Source of the DNA: an uncultured Christensenella sp.
GTDB lineage: Bacteria; Bacillota; Clostridia; Christensenellales; DTU072
NCBI GenBank assembly: GCA_964450015.1
Contig: CAYVEU010000028.1
Coordinates: 4,236 to 16,637 of the forward strand
Reading direction: 5' to 3'
DNA length: 12,402 nucleotides
Shown: positions 1 to 7,300 of the stretch, piece after piece
How the letters are laid out: every line of letters starts with the position of its first letter
How positions within the stretch are numbered: position 1 is the stretch's first letter
Position numbers and translations under genes: made by a program
Notes under the pieces: model-generated
What the model saw: only the letters and a program-made list of their open reading frames with translations
What the model was told of the DNA's origin: nothing
Databases searched by the model: none

Positions 1-296
1 TTAACGTAGCAAGCGGTTCCGATACAGACGGAAATCTGATATTGACCTTGCGGATTGAGCGTGAATTGCGAATAGAAAGTCGCCACGCCGAAAACTTCTT
101 CCATGGAAACGTTCAATTCCTCGGCGATGATGCGCTGTACTTCGATAGGCAAATAGCCGTAAATTTCCTGCGCAGCTTGAAGCGAAGGCATTAAACCTCC
201 CTGCATGGTCTTCGTAACGGCAAGCCTGGCTCTAAGCTTTTCTTCTTGCTCGCGCGTGCCTGAAAACGAAACTTTTGTGAGTTTTATTTTACCCAT
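1..296 (-). CDS. NuoE/HndA-family thioredoxin-like [2Fe-2S] ferredoxin subunit (NADH dehydrogenase 24 kDa / hydrogenase subunit-like); C-terminus lies beyond window start
   Basis: Reverse-strand translation from ATG (294-296) gives MGKIKLTKVSFSGTREQEEKLRARLAVTKTMQGGLMPSLQAAQEIYGYLPIEVQRIIAEELNVSMEEVFGVATFYSQFTLNPQGQYQISVCIGTACYV. The GVATFY...CxGTAC motifs are typical of NuoE/HydC. RBS GGAGGG lies at 301-306 (minus), 4 nt upstream of the ATG. The ORF is open to position 1. Confidence 0.8.
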   Translation of the reverse strand, partial: MGKIKLTKVSFSGTREQEEKLRARLAVTKTMQGGLMPSLQAAQEIYGYLPIEVQRIIAEELNVSMEEVFGVATFYSQFTLNPQGQYQISVCIGTACYV

Positions 297-326
297 GTTA
301 CCCTCCATTGATAAATTATCGGTAAT

Positions 327-355
327 ATTATACCATAGCATTTTGCGATACGCAA
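327..355 (-). promoter_or_regulatory. Candidate sigma-A promoter for the NuoE-like gene (TTGCGT-17-TATAAT on minus strand)
   Basis: Minus-strand -35 TTGCGT (355->350) and -10 TATAAT (332->327) with a 17-nt spacer, about 30 nt upstream of the ATG at 296. Confidence 0.35.
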
Positions 356-477
356 GATAATTATTTCTTTTGTTTGCTATTTTTTACCGAGCAGGTCATA
401 GCATTAACGGATGCTTTGCGCGGGAAAATAAAGTTGATTTATCGTAAAAAAATAAGTGTGTTGGCGCCTAACCGAAA

Positions 478-505
478 GAGGCTGTCGCATTTAGCGAACA
501 GCCTC
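478..505 (-). terminator. Hairpin downstream of citrate synthase stop (possible intrinsic terminator, weak U-tract)
   Basis: Perfect 8-bp stem GAGGCTGT/ACAGCCTC with a 12-nt loop. The minus-strand downstream sequence UUUCGGUUA is only moderately U-rich. Confidence 0.35.
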
Positions 506-555
506 CGTTGCATTTACTCTTATTTATATCCTTATTATATATAATAAATGCCCGC

Positions 556-1929
556 TTATACTCTTTTGCTTAACGAAACGTATTGCTGTTTCTTCGCAAT
601 CCCGACGTAACCGGGGCGGATGATTTTTCCTTTGTTGGCGAGTTCTTCTATACGGTGCGCAGTCCAACCGGACATACGCGCTACGGCAAACATCGGCGTA
701 AACAGTCCGAGCGGCAATCCAAGCATATTGTATACGAACCCCGAATAAAAATCGATATTCGGGCATACGCCTTTATAAATTTTCCGCATGTCGGCAATAA
801 CTTCGGGGGCAAGTCTTTCGATTTTTTCGTAAAGCTCGTATTCTTTGTCGAGATGCTTTTCAACGGCAAGCAGTTTTACGTATTCTTTCAAAATATCCGC
901 TCTCGGGTCGCTTAGAGAATATACTGCGTGTCCCATGCCGTAAATAAGCCCCGACTTATCGAACGCTTCTTTTTTCAGTATCTTAGCCAAATAATCTTTA
1001 AGCGCACCTTCGTCACCGGTAGGAACGTTACGCTTTATATCCTCGAACATTTCCACGACCTTTATATTCGCTCCGCCGTGGCGCGGACCTTTTAACGAGC
1101 CCAAAGACGCGGCGATAACCGAATAGGTATCCGAACCCGAAGAGCTTACGACGTGGGTCGTAAAAGTCGAGTTGTTGCCGCCGCCGTGCTCGGCGTGCAG
1201 GACCAAACAAATATCGAGCAGCTTTGCTTCGAGCGAGCTGTAAACGCTGTCCGCCCGCAACAAGTGCAATATGTTTTCTGCGGTCGAGAGATTGTCGTCG
1301 GATTGGTGAATAATCAAGCTGTTGTTATTGTTGTAATACTCGTTGACTTGATAGCTGTAAACAGCAATCGCAGGCAATTGCGCAATCAGTTGCAAACACT
1401 GCCTCAAAACGTTCGCCATGCTTATATCGTCCGCCTTGTGGTCGTAAGAATACAGTGACAGTACGCTCCTTGCAAGCGAATTCATCATATCGGCAGAAGG
1501 CGCTTTCATAATTATATCCCTAACGAAGCTTTTGGGAATTTTCCTTAAACTTATGAGCAGAGACTTAAAATCTTCAAGCTGTTTTTTATTGGGAAGCGAA
1601 CCGAAAATAAGCAAATAAACGGTCTCCTCAAACCCGAAGCGTTTTTCCTTGACGAAGCCCGCCACCAGTTTTTTTACGTCTATACCGCGGTAGTACAATT
1701 CTCCCTCTATCGGCTTTTTCTCCCCGTCCTTTTCCGAAAAGCTTATAATATCGCTTATCTCGGTAAGTCCGGCGAGCACTCCCGTGCCGTTTATATCCCT
1801 AAGCCCTCTTTTTACGTCGTACTTTTCATAATTTGCCGAATCGATCAAAGTGCTTTGGTATGCAAGCTTGCTTAAAGCCGATATTTGCTCTTTTTGTCCG
1901 GATTCGAGCTTCGATAAAATAAAAGTCAT
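556..1929 (-). CDS. gltA: Citrate synthase
   Basis: 457-aa ORF carrying the citrate synthase signature blocks HAEHGGGNNSTFT, GPRHGGAN, GMGHAVY and NIDFYSG. SD GAGGT lies 9 nt upstream of the ATG at 1927-1929. Confidence 0.92.
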   Translation of the reverse strand: MTFILSKLESGQKEQISALSKLAYQSTLIDSANYEKYDVKRGLRDINGTGVLAGLTEISDIISFSEKDGEKKPIEGELYYRGIDVKKLVAGFVKEKRFGFEETVYLLIFGSLPNKKQLEDFKSLLISLRKIPKSFVRDIIMKAPSADMMNSLARSVLSLYSYDHKADDISMANVLRQCLQLIAQLPAIAVYSYQVNEYYNNNNSLIIHQSDDNLSTAENILHLLRADSVYSSLEAKLLDICLVLHAEHGGGNNSTFTTHVVSSSGSDTYSVIAASLGSLKGPRHGGANIKVVEMFEDIKRNVPTGDEGALKDYLAKILKKEAFDKSGLIYGMGHAVYSLSDPRADILKEYVKLLAVEKHLDKEYELYEKIERLAPEVIADMRKIYKGVCPNIDFYSGFVYNMLGLPLGLFTPMFAVARMSGWTAHRIEELANKGKIIRPGYVGIAKKQQYVSLSKRV

Positions 1930-1963
1930 TCTCAGTTACCTCAAAAAACAAATATGATTGTTT

Positions 1964-1992
1964 ATTGTAGCATAAAAATGAAAACTTTGCAA
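1964..1992 (-). promoter_or_regulatory. Candidate promoter for citrate synthase (TTGCAA-17-TGcTACAAT, extended -10)
   Basis: Minus-strand -35 TTGCAA (1992->1987), 17-nt spacer, TG at 1972-1971 and -10 TACAAT (1969->1964). Located about 35 nt upstream of the start codon. Confidence 0.45.
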
Positions 1993-2048
1993 ATCGCATA
2001 TTTTTGATGACTTTTGAACGATTTTTAATAAAAATTATCCGCGTATAG

Positions 2049-2080
2049 AAAAAAAGCACGGGCGTCGCCCGTGCTTTTTG
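2049..2080. terminator. Bidirectional intrinsic terminator (ends the minus-strand three-gene cassette)
   Basis: AAAAAAA-GCACGGGCG-tc-GCCCGTGC-TTTTT: a 9-bp GC-rich stem at 2056-2074 flanked by A-run and T-run. It lies 30 nt downstream of the stop at 2107 on the minus strand. Confidence 0.7.
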
Positions 2081-2106
2081 ATTTTTTCGTTTCGAAATCC
2101 ATTCGT

Positions 2107-2598
2107 TTAAGTGATTACCACCGAAGCATAGAAATGACTCGCGGTACTCGAAGCGGAACCGTTTAATAAAATCACGAGATAGTAGGTTTCCCCTTTTTTG
2201 AGATAAGCTCTCAACTTTGGCGTCTTGCCGCTATCGCTAATCAAAGTTTTTTTGTCTTTATCCCTGAGCGCAACGGAAACAGCATACGGCGAATTTATAG
2301 TAAAAGTGTAATAACCGTTTGAAGAATCCGCCTTGTAGCTGTAATAGGTTGTCGAACTCGTCAAGCACTTGACGCTGCTGTTGGTGCCGTACTTCAATGC
2401 TCCCGACGTCTTATACGGCGAGCGGCTACTTCCGCTTGAACTTGCGTTGCCTACGCCGATAACTCCCGCTAAGGCGAAAAATACGACAGCCAGCACGATA
2501 GATACAATGAGAATCATCAATCTTTTCGGCGACTTTGCAATTTGTTTAAAAACGTTTTGTCTTAACGTTATAGTCTTTTCTTCCGAAACATCGTTCAT
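2107..2598 (-). CDS. Hypothetical membrane-anchored protein with Ser/Thr/Tyr-rich beta-type ectodomain
   Basis: 163-aa ORF. The N-terminal ~30-aa basic segment is followed by a TM helix IVSIVLAVVFFALAGVIGVG, then NASSSGSSRS... and YYTFTINSPYAVSVAL...GETYYLVILL beta-like repeats. Its ATG overlaps the upstream stop (TAATG at 2596-2600). GGAGAG SD lies 8 nt upstream. Confidence 0.7.
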   Translation of the reverse strand: MNDVSEEKTITLRQNVFKQIAKSPKRLMILIVSIVLAVVFFALAGVIGVGNASSSGSSRSPYKTSGALKYGTNSSVKCLTSSTTYYSYKADSSNGYYTFTINSPYAVSVALRDKDKKTLISDSGKTPKLRAYLKKGETYYLVILLNGSASSTASHFYASVVIT

Positions 2599-3932
2599 TA
2601 TTTACTCTCCTCTATGCTGCTCTCGTTTTCCGCGTCGCCGACGCCGGTCTTTTCGTTCTCGACGAAATAAGCGTCTTCCTTTTCCTCGTCGCCTGTCTCC
2701 TTGCTCTTTTTGTTGAAAATCTTAATTTTATCCCACGCAAAAGCCGCCGTCAAGCCGAAAATCAAACTCGTACACCCTAAAATAATCAATCCTGCTACCA
2801 CCGAAGCTATCATCGTGAAGCACCCTACCAAGATACATAACGTCAACAGTATCAAAAATGCCGACGGACGACGCTTCTTCGGGCTAATCCAAGTGGACTC
2901 GGTTGCCGTCGTTTTCGTCCCCAAACCGCCGAACAACCGCCTTTTGAGCTTTTCATTGACTATGTCCGCTTCGTACTTATCCTGTTCGCCGGTGCGCTTT
3001 AAATATCTGTTCAACGCAAAATCCTTTTCCGCTTCGGTCAACGTCAACGGGAAATTGGGATATTTTTCGTGAATAGCGGCTTTTTCCTCGTAACGTTTTA
3101 ACGCTTGCTCCGCCATTTCGTTTTCAAAGTTCTTTATCCGCTCGGCTTCCGCCAACGCAAAATATTGATTTTCCAGTTTCTCCGTCGCATTGTTGGGGAT
3201 AACTATATTCAAAATGCTGACGTCGGCAACCGACAAGCCGTAACCTAGGCACAATTCTCGCAAGTCTTTTGCCGCTCTTTCGCCCATGCTTTGGTAATAC
3301 TTGGACAAATCGAAAAACGTTGCGTCGTTTTCCTCGATAACTTTAAGTACTACGTTGCGTATGCATTTGTTTATTAAATCGTGTAGCGTGACCACCGCTA
3401 AATTTAAATCTATTTGCGACAAGTCGAGATCAATTTTCTTGACCAATTCCAAAGAGTCGACTATCTTCAATTTTACTTTTGCCGTGGTTTTTAATTTTAT
3501 CGGCAACGCCAATTGTTTGTCAAAGTAGCGTACTATTTCGCCCTCTCTGGTTTCGTAGTTATAAAAAACGCAGATATTTTTATCGTAACTTTTTAACAGC
3601 CATATGGTTTTGTTTTTATCGTATCCTTCTACTTTGGTGAATTTTTCGTAAAGATAAATATTTACCAAATCTTTGTGCAGCTGATTTTCGTTGAGCAATA
3701 AAATATTGCTGTATCTGCAAGCGACCCACTCGCAAAGAGTCTTCCTTTGAAATTCGTCCGCAGGATTTAACTTTCTCGCATAGGCGGTATTGGCGTTCAT
3801 ACATTCGACGGCCGCTCGCCTCTCCGTTTCTTTGGCTAAGTTCAACGACGAAAATTTGATTTTTTCGCTCAATACTTTTTGACAAAGTTCACTCGCCTGA
3901 CGACTCCCGCGCACCTGTCCAACAGTACACAT
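2598..3932 (-). CDS. SPFH/band-7-like domain protein with coiled coil, C-terminal transmembrane hairpin and acidic tail
   Basis: 444-aa ORF. Segment IRNVVLKVIEENDATFFDLSKYYQSMGERAAKDLRELCLGYGLSVADVSILNIVIPNNATEKLENQYFALAEAERIK matches the C-terminal SPFH pattern (RxVIG.., GIxVxxVxIxxIxxP, AExxK). This is followed by an EAE/KRYEEK coiled coil, a ~44-aa hydrophobic segment SAFLILLTLCILVGCFTMIASVVAGLIILGCTSLIFGLTAAFAW, and a D/E-rich tail. SD AGGAGGG lies about 12 nt upstream. The ATG overlaps the upstream stop (TAATG at 3930-3934). Confidence 0.75.
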   Translation of the reverse strand: MCTVGQVRGSRQASELCQKVLSEKIKFSSLNLAKETERRAAVECMNANTAYARKLNPADEFQRKTLCEWVACRYSNILLLNENQLHKDLVNIYLYEKFTKVEGYDKNKTIWLLKSYDKNICVFYNYETREGEIVRYFDKQLALPIKLKTTAKVKLKIVDSLELVKKIDLDLSQIDLNLAVVTLHDLINKCIRNVVLKVIEENDATFFDLSKYYQSMGERAAKDLRELCLGYGLSVADVSILNIVIPNNATEKLENQYFALAEAERIKNFENEMAEQALKRYEEKAAIHEKYPNFPLTLTEAEKDFALNRYLKRTGEQDKYEADIVNEKLKRRLFGGLGTKTTATESTWISPKKRRPSAFLILLTLCILVGCFTMIASVVAGLIILGCTSLIFGLTAAFAWDKIKIFNKKSKETGDEEKEDAYFVENEKTGVGDAENESSIEESK

Positions 3933-4117
3933 TATTTACTTTTCCCTCCTTGTAAATATAAATAGTCGGAACACATTTCGCAAATCGAAGCGTCGGCAGA
4001 ATTTACGTGACCGCATATTTCGCAAATTATGCCCTTGTTATTCGGGATTTCCATATTCAAACTGACTTTTGCTTCCGCTTCGGATTTATTTAAACGTATA
4101 AACTTTTCCGTTCCCAA
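3932..4117 (-). CDS. Small zinc-ribbon protein (CxxC...CxxC), start uncertain (TTG 4117 or ATG 4054)
   Basis: C-terminal CEICGHVNSADASICEMC forms a CxxC-x10-CxxC ribbon. A strong SD GGAGGGAGAG (4130->4121) sits 8 nt before the in-frame TTG at 4117-4115. An alternative ATG at 4054 has a poor SD. The longer tracked ORF start (TTG at 4207) overlaps the predicted -35 box and is unlikely. Confidence 0.55.
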   Translation of the reverse strand: MGTEKFIRLNKSEAEAKVSLNMEIPNNKGIICEICGHVNSADASICEMCSDYLYLQGGKSK

Positions 4118-4177
4118 ATTCTCTCCCTCCTTTATTGTTCGTTTCACTTTCCCATTATACCGGGAAACGACTTTTTT

Positions 4178-4207
4178 ATTATAAAACCGACAAAAAATTA
4201 AAGTCAA
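4178..4207 (-). promoter_or_regulatory. Candidate promoter of the zinc-ribbon/SPFH/membrane cassette (TTGACT-18-TATAAT)
   Basis: Minus-strand -35 TTGACT (4207->4202), 18-nt spacer, -10 TATAAT (4183->4178). A second TATAAT lies at 4159->4154. A ~45-nt leader runs to the GGAGGG SD. Confidence 0.5.
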
Positions 4208-4284
4208 GCACCTGCCGTAAACTTCTATACGCCTATGAAAAATTTTTCGAAAAAAATTTATTCCCGAAAACTATTCTTCCCTTA

Positions 4285-4330
4285 CAAAAAATAAAGCATA
4301 GAACCGTCTTGATTCTATGCTTTGCTTTTA
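4285..4330. terminator. Intrinsic terminator of the P-type ATPase gene (bidirectional hairpin)
   Basis: Perfect 11-bp stem AAAGCATAGAA/TTCTATGCTTT (4293-4303 / 4313-4323) with a 9-nt loop. The minus-strand U-tract is UUUUUUGU (complement of 4285-4292). Located 30 nt downstream of the stop at 4354. Confidence 0.7.
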
Positions 4331-4353
4331 GTTTTATTTTCGCCGACTGCCGA

Positions 4354-6993
4354 TTATTGTTTTTTGTATACCTTGCGCATGATAATTTTACAAAGTTCGA
4401 CGAGCGGTATTATCGCAATCGCCGCGAGTATTGCCGTAAGCCATTGTAAGAACGTTAAGTCTACTATTCCGAAAACGCCGTTAAGTCCGGGGATTGCCGC
4501 CACCCCGACAGTAAGCGCCGCGCCCACGCCGAACGCAACGAACATAAAGCGGTTTTTGAAAAAGCCTTTGCGGAATATACTGCCGTTAAGACTACGCGCG
4601 TTAAAGCAATGGAACAATTGAATAAGACACAGCGTTATAAACGCGAGGCTCTCGCCGACGTCGTGCCCCCAACTGCCGTAAACGCAGCCGAAAAACACCG
4701 CGAGTACGATAACCGTTTGCAAAATGCCTTGATACACTATGTTTATTCCCAAATGCCCCGCAAACAAATTGTCGTCGGATTTTCTCGGCGGGTTGTCCAT
4801 AATGTCGTCGTCGCCGTCTTCCATTCCCAATGCCAGCGCAGGCAGGCTGTCCGTGACGAGATTTATCCACAGTATTTGTATCGGCAATAAAAACACCGCG
4901 TTTTGTCCCGTAATAGAAAACACTATTGTGGATATAAACAAACTAAGCACCTCGCAAATATTCGCGCTCAACAAAAACTGTATAGTCTTTTGCATATTGT
5001 CGAATATCTTGCGCCCCTCTTTTACAGCTTCGACGATGGTTGCGAAATTGTCGTCGGCAAGCACCATGTCCGCCGCGCCTTTCGTCACGTCCGTACCGGT
5101 AATTCCCATGCCTACGCCTATGTCCGCCGCCTTAATACTCGGCGCGTCGTTTACTCCGTCGCCCGTCATCGCGACTATCTTCCCTTTTGCTTTCCACGCC
5201 TTGACTATCCGCACCTTGTGCTCGGGACTTACTCTTGCGTATACGCGGTAATTTTCCACGTTATCTCTCAGCTCGTCGTCGCTCATTTCGCTGAGAAGCG
5301 CGCCCGTGACGACCTGCTTTTCGCTGTCGCAAATTTTAAGCTCTTTCGCAATAGCGTACGCGGTATCCTTGTGGTCGCCCGTAATCATGACCGCCGTAAT
5401 GCCCGCCTTTTTGCACACTTCTACCGCAGCCTTAACTTCCTCTCGCGGCGGGTCTATCATTCCGCTCAAACCCAAAAACACCAAATTGCTTTCATAAACG
5501 CTTCCGTCGTCTTCCTTTTCGGCGTATGCGAGAACTCTCAACGCTTCCGACGCAAACAGAGAATTTTGCTTCAATATTTCCGCTCTGTCTGCGTCCGTCA
5601 TCTCTCTTATCTTCCCGTCGGCAAAAATTTTGTCACACCGTTCCGTTAAAATATCGGGCGCGCCTTTCGTATATACGGTCCGTTTTCCGTCACAGATATT
5701 GACGGTCGTCATAAGCTTACGTTCGCTGTCGAACGGTATCTCGTCTACGCGCGGATTTTCGTTATTCAATTTAACGCTGTCGCCCGTAAGATTGTAGTAT
5801 GCAACGAGCGCGGTTTCCGTCGGGTCGCCCATAAGCATAACGCCGTTCCCGTCGTTTTTCAACACGGTGTCGTTGCAAAGCGTCATACATTTTGCAACTT
5901 CCTTTTCGGCTGCCTCGCCCTCGGCGTACACCTTTTTGACCGTCATTTTATTTAATGTAAGCGTACCCGTCTTGTCTGAGCATATAATTTCAGTCGAGCC
6001 TAGCGTTTCTACGGCGGGAAGCTTTTTTATTATCGCGTTGCGCTTGCTCATTCGCTGTACGCCTATCGCCATAATAATGGTTATTACCGCGGTAAGCCCC
6101 TCGGGAATAGCCGCCACCGCAATGGCAACAGCCGTCATAAACGCGTCTATTACCGCGTCCACCGTCACGCCTATATGAATAGTGCTCAAAACGCTGACTA
6201 TGAAAATGACCGCCGCTATTGCAATAACCGCAATCGAAATGAATTTACCCGTTTTGTTGAGTTTTTTCTGTATGGGCGTTTCTTCGTCGCTGTCCGTTAG
6301 CATATCGGCAATCTTCCCGAGTTCGGTTTTCATTCCCGTTGCGACAACGACGCCTTCGCCCCTGCCGTAGCTGACCACCGAGGACGAAAACGCCATATTC
6401 ACCCTGTCGCCTATGCCCGCATTGTCGTCGCATACGACTTCCGCGTCCTTTTCCACTGGTACCGATTCGCCCGTCAATGCAGACTCCTCTATTTTAAGCG
6501 ACCGCGTTTCGATAAGCCGCAAATCGGCGGGCACGACGTCGCCTGCTTCCAGTAAAACTATATCGCCGACTACCAGCTTGGCGCTCTCTATTTTGATTAT
6601 TTCGCCGCCGCGCCTTACTTTGGCAAACGGTTTGCTCATGTTTTTCAGCGCTTCCAACGCCTGTTCCGCCTTGGACTCTTGCACGACGCCGATTATCGCG
6701 TTAATTATTACAATTGCCAGAATAATGCCGACGTCTATAAATTCGTCATAGGTCTTTTGCACGACCGCAATTACTGCCGTCACAACCGCCGCGCACAACA
6801 AGACGATGACCATTACGTCCTTGAACTGTTCTAAAAACCTTACGATAAGGCTCTTCTTTTTCTCGCCTTTTAATTCGTTTGCGCCGTCTCTTGCCAGCCT
6901 TTGCTCCGCGCTTTGCCGATTTAAACCGTCTTTTCCGCTGTCCGACGCTTTGAAACACTCGGCTAAACCCATCGAATACCATTTCAAGTCCAT
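4354..6993 (-). CDS. Cation-transporting P-type ATPase, type IIA/IIB (Ca2+/Mn2+ efflux, PMCA/SERCA-like)
   Basis: 879-aa ORF with the phosphorylation motif CSDKTGTLTLNKM. The hinge motifs are TGDHKDTA and MTGDGVNDAPSIKAADIGVGMG. The TM4 IPEGL motif is typical of P2 ATPases. About 10 predicted TM segments. SD AGGAG lies 6 nt upstream of the ATG at 6991-6993. Confidence 0.95.
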   Translation of the reverse strand: MDLKWYSMGLAECFKASDSGKDGLNRQSAEQRLARDGANELKGEKKKSLIVRFLEQFKDVMVIVLLCAAVVTAVIAVVQKTYDEFIDVGIILAIVIINAIIGVVQESKAEQALEALKNMSKPFAKVRRGGEIIKIESAKLVVGDIVLLEAGDVVPADLRLIETRSLKIEESALTGESVPVEKDAEVVCDDNAGIGDRVNMAFSSSVVSYGRGEGVVVATGMKTELGKIADMLTDSDEETPIQKKLNKTGKFISIAVIAIAAVIFIVSVLSTIHIGVTVDAVIDAFMTAVAIAVAAIPEGLTAVITIIMAIGVQRMSKRNAIIKKLPAVETLGSTEIICSDKTGTLTLNKMTVKKVYAEGEAAEKEVAKCMTLCNDTVLKNDGNGVMLMGDPTETALVAYYNLTGDSVKLNNENPRVDEIPFDSERKLMTTVNICDGKRTVYTKGAPDILTERCDKIFADGKIREMTDADRAEILKQNSLFASEALRVLAYAEKEDDGSVYESNLVFLGLSGMIDPPREEVKAAVEVCKKAGITAVMITGDHKDTAYAIAKELKICDSEKQVVTGALLSEMSDDELRDNVENYRVYARVSPEHKVRIVKAWKAKGKIVAMTGDGVNDAPSIKAADIGVGMGITGTDVTKGAADMVLADDNFATIVEAVKEGRKIFDNMQKTIQFLLSANICEVLSLFISTIVFSITGQNAVFLLPIQILWINLVTDSLPALALGMEDGDDDIMDNPPRKSDDNLFAGHLGINIVYQGILQTVIVLAVFFGCVYGSWGHDVGESLAFITLCLIQLFHCFNARSLNGSIFRKGFFKNRFMFVAFGVGAALTVGVAAIPGLNGVFGIVDLTFLQWLTAILAAIAIIPLVELCKIIMRKVYKKQ

Positions 6994-7021
6994 TTTTATC
7001 TCCTAATATCTTTATTATTCT

Positions 7022-7165
7022 CAAAAAAATAAGACTCAACGCATAGCAAAAACTATGCGTTGAGTCTTGTCGTTTCCGATAAGCCAAATTAAACCGGAGT
7101 TTAATCAGTGATGTTGACTTTACCGACGTTTCCCCGACGAAAAACGCCGACTACTCCCTCAACGT
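7022..7165 (-). promoter_or_regulatory. Structured 5' leader of the ATPase: candidate ON-type riboswitch or attenuator (possible yybP-ykoY/Mn2+-like) ending in intrinsic terminator 7022-7068
   Basis: Minus-strand leader 5'-UUGAGGGAGUAGUCGGCGUUUUUCGUCGGGGAAACGUCGG...UUAAACUCCGGUUUAA...CGGAAACG ACAAGACUCAACGCAUAG-UUUUUG-CUAUGCGUUGAGUCUU-AUUUUUUUGA. The terminator is a perfect 16-bp stem (7031-7046 / 7053-7068) followed by a U7 tract, 22 nt before the SD. The 5' UUGAG can pair with CUCAA inside the terminator's 5' arm as an anti-terminator P1. The GGGAGUAG and CGUCGGGGAAAC segments resemble conserved yybP-ykoY 5' elements. That resemblance is from memory and unverified. Confidence 0.5.
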
Positions 7166-7169
7166 TTTG

Positions 7170-7198
7170 ATAATATCATTATATTCCCCATCTGTCAA
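7170..7198 (-). promoter_or_regulatory. Candidate promoter for ATPase leader (TTGACA-17-TATTAT)
   Basis: Minus-strand -35 TTGACA (7198->7193), 17-nt spacer, -10 TATTAT (7175->7170). The predicted TSS near 7163 coincides with the start of the GGGAGUAG leader. Confidence 0.5.
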
Positions 7199-7232
7199 TA
7201 AGTTTTCTTAAAAAAATTATGCTCGGTTTACC

Positions 7233-7261
7233 TTGACTTGAAATTCTTATATCTATATAAT
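7233..7261 (+). promoter_or_regulatory. Consensus sigma-A promoter for the decarboxylase gene (TTGACT-17-TATAAT)
   Basis: TTGACT at 7233-7238 and TATAAT at 7256-7261 with an exact 17-nt spacer. Lies about 40 nt upstream of the ATG at 7301 and is divergent from the ATPase promoter. Confidence 0.65.
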
Positions 7262-7300
7262 TATGATAACGACACAATGTTAAAAGGAAACGAATAAATT

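Noticed and set aside
583-1458. Plus-strand ORFs 583..915 and 1153..1458 overlapping citrate synthase
   Set aside because: They are antisense to a high-confidence citrate synthase gene, with no RBS and no recognisable motifs.
1826-2059. 77-aa minus-strand ORF spanning the citrate synthase promoter region
   Set aside because: It overlaps the citrate synthase start codon, promoter and terminator hairpin. It has very AT-rich, low-complexity codons and no SD.
2369-2716. 115-aa Arg-rich ORF (..FPRRRRRSFRSRRNKRLPFPRR..) on plus strand
   Set aside because: It is antisense to the 3' end of the SPFH gene and the 5' end of the 163-aa gene. It has low-complexity basic composition, an alternative start codon and no SD.
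3932-4207. Full 91-aa form of the zinc-ribbon ORF (TTG at 4205-4207)
   Set aside because: Its start codon lies inside the predicted -35 box (TTGACT 4202-4207) and has no SD. The shorter form beginning at TTG 4117 (or ATG 4054) follows a strong GGAGGGAGAG SD.
4601-6751. Multiple 60-250-aa ORFs on both strands inside the ATPase locus (e.g. 4739..5251 +, 4903..5649 +, 6413..6751 +, 4601..4870 -)
   Set aside because: They lie antisense to or out of frame with an 879-aa ORF carrying every P-type ATPase signature. They have no SD, low-complexity Ala/Ser/Arg-rich composition, and are typical shadow ORFs.
7031-7068. 16-bp perfect palindrome considered as a protein operator or a plus-strand terminator
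   Set aside because: No plus-strand gene ends upstream of it, and the U/T-tract is on the minus-strand side only. Its position 22 nt before the ATPase SD, with upstream complementarity, fits a leader terminator better, though a palindromic operator cannot be excluded.
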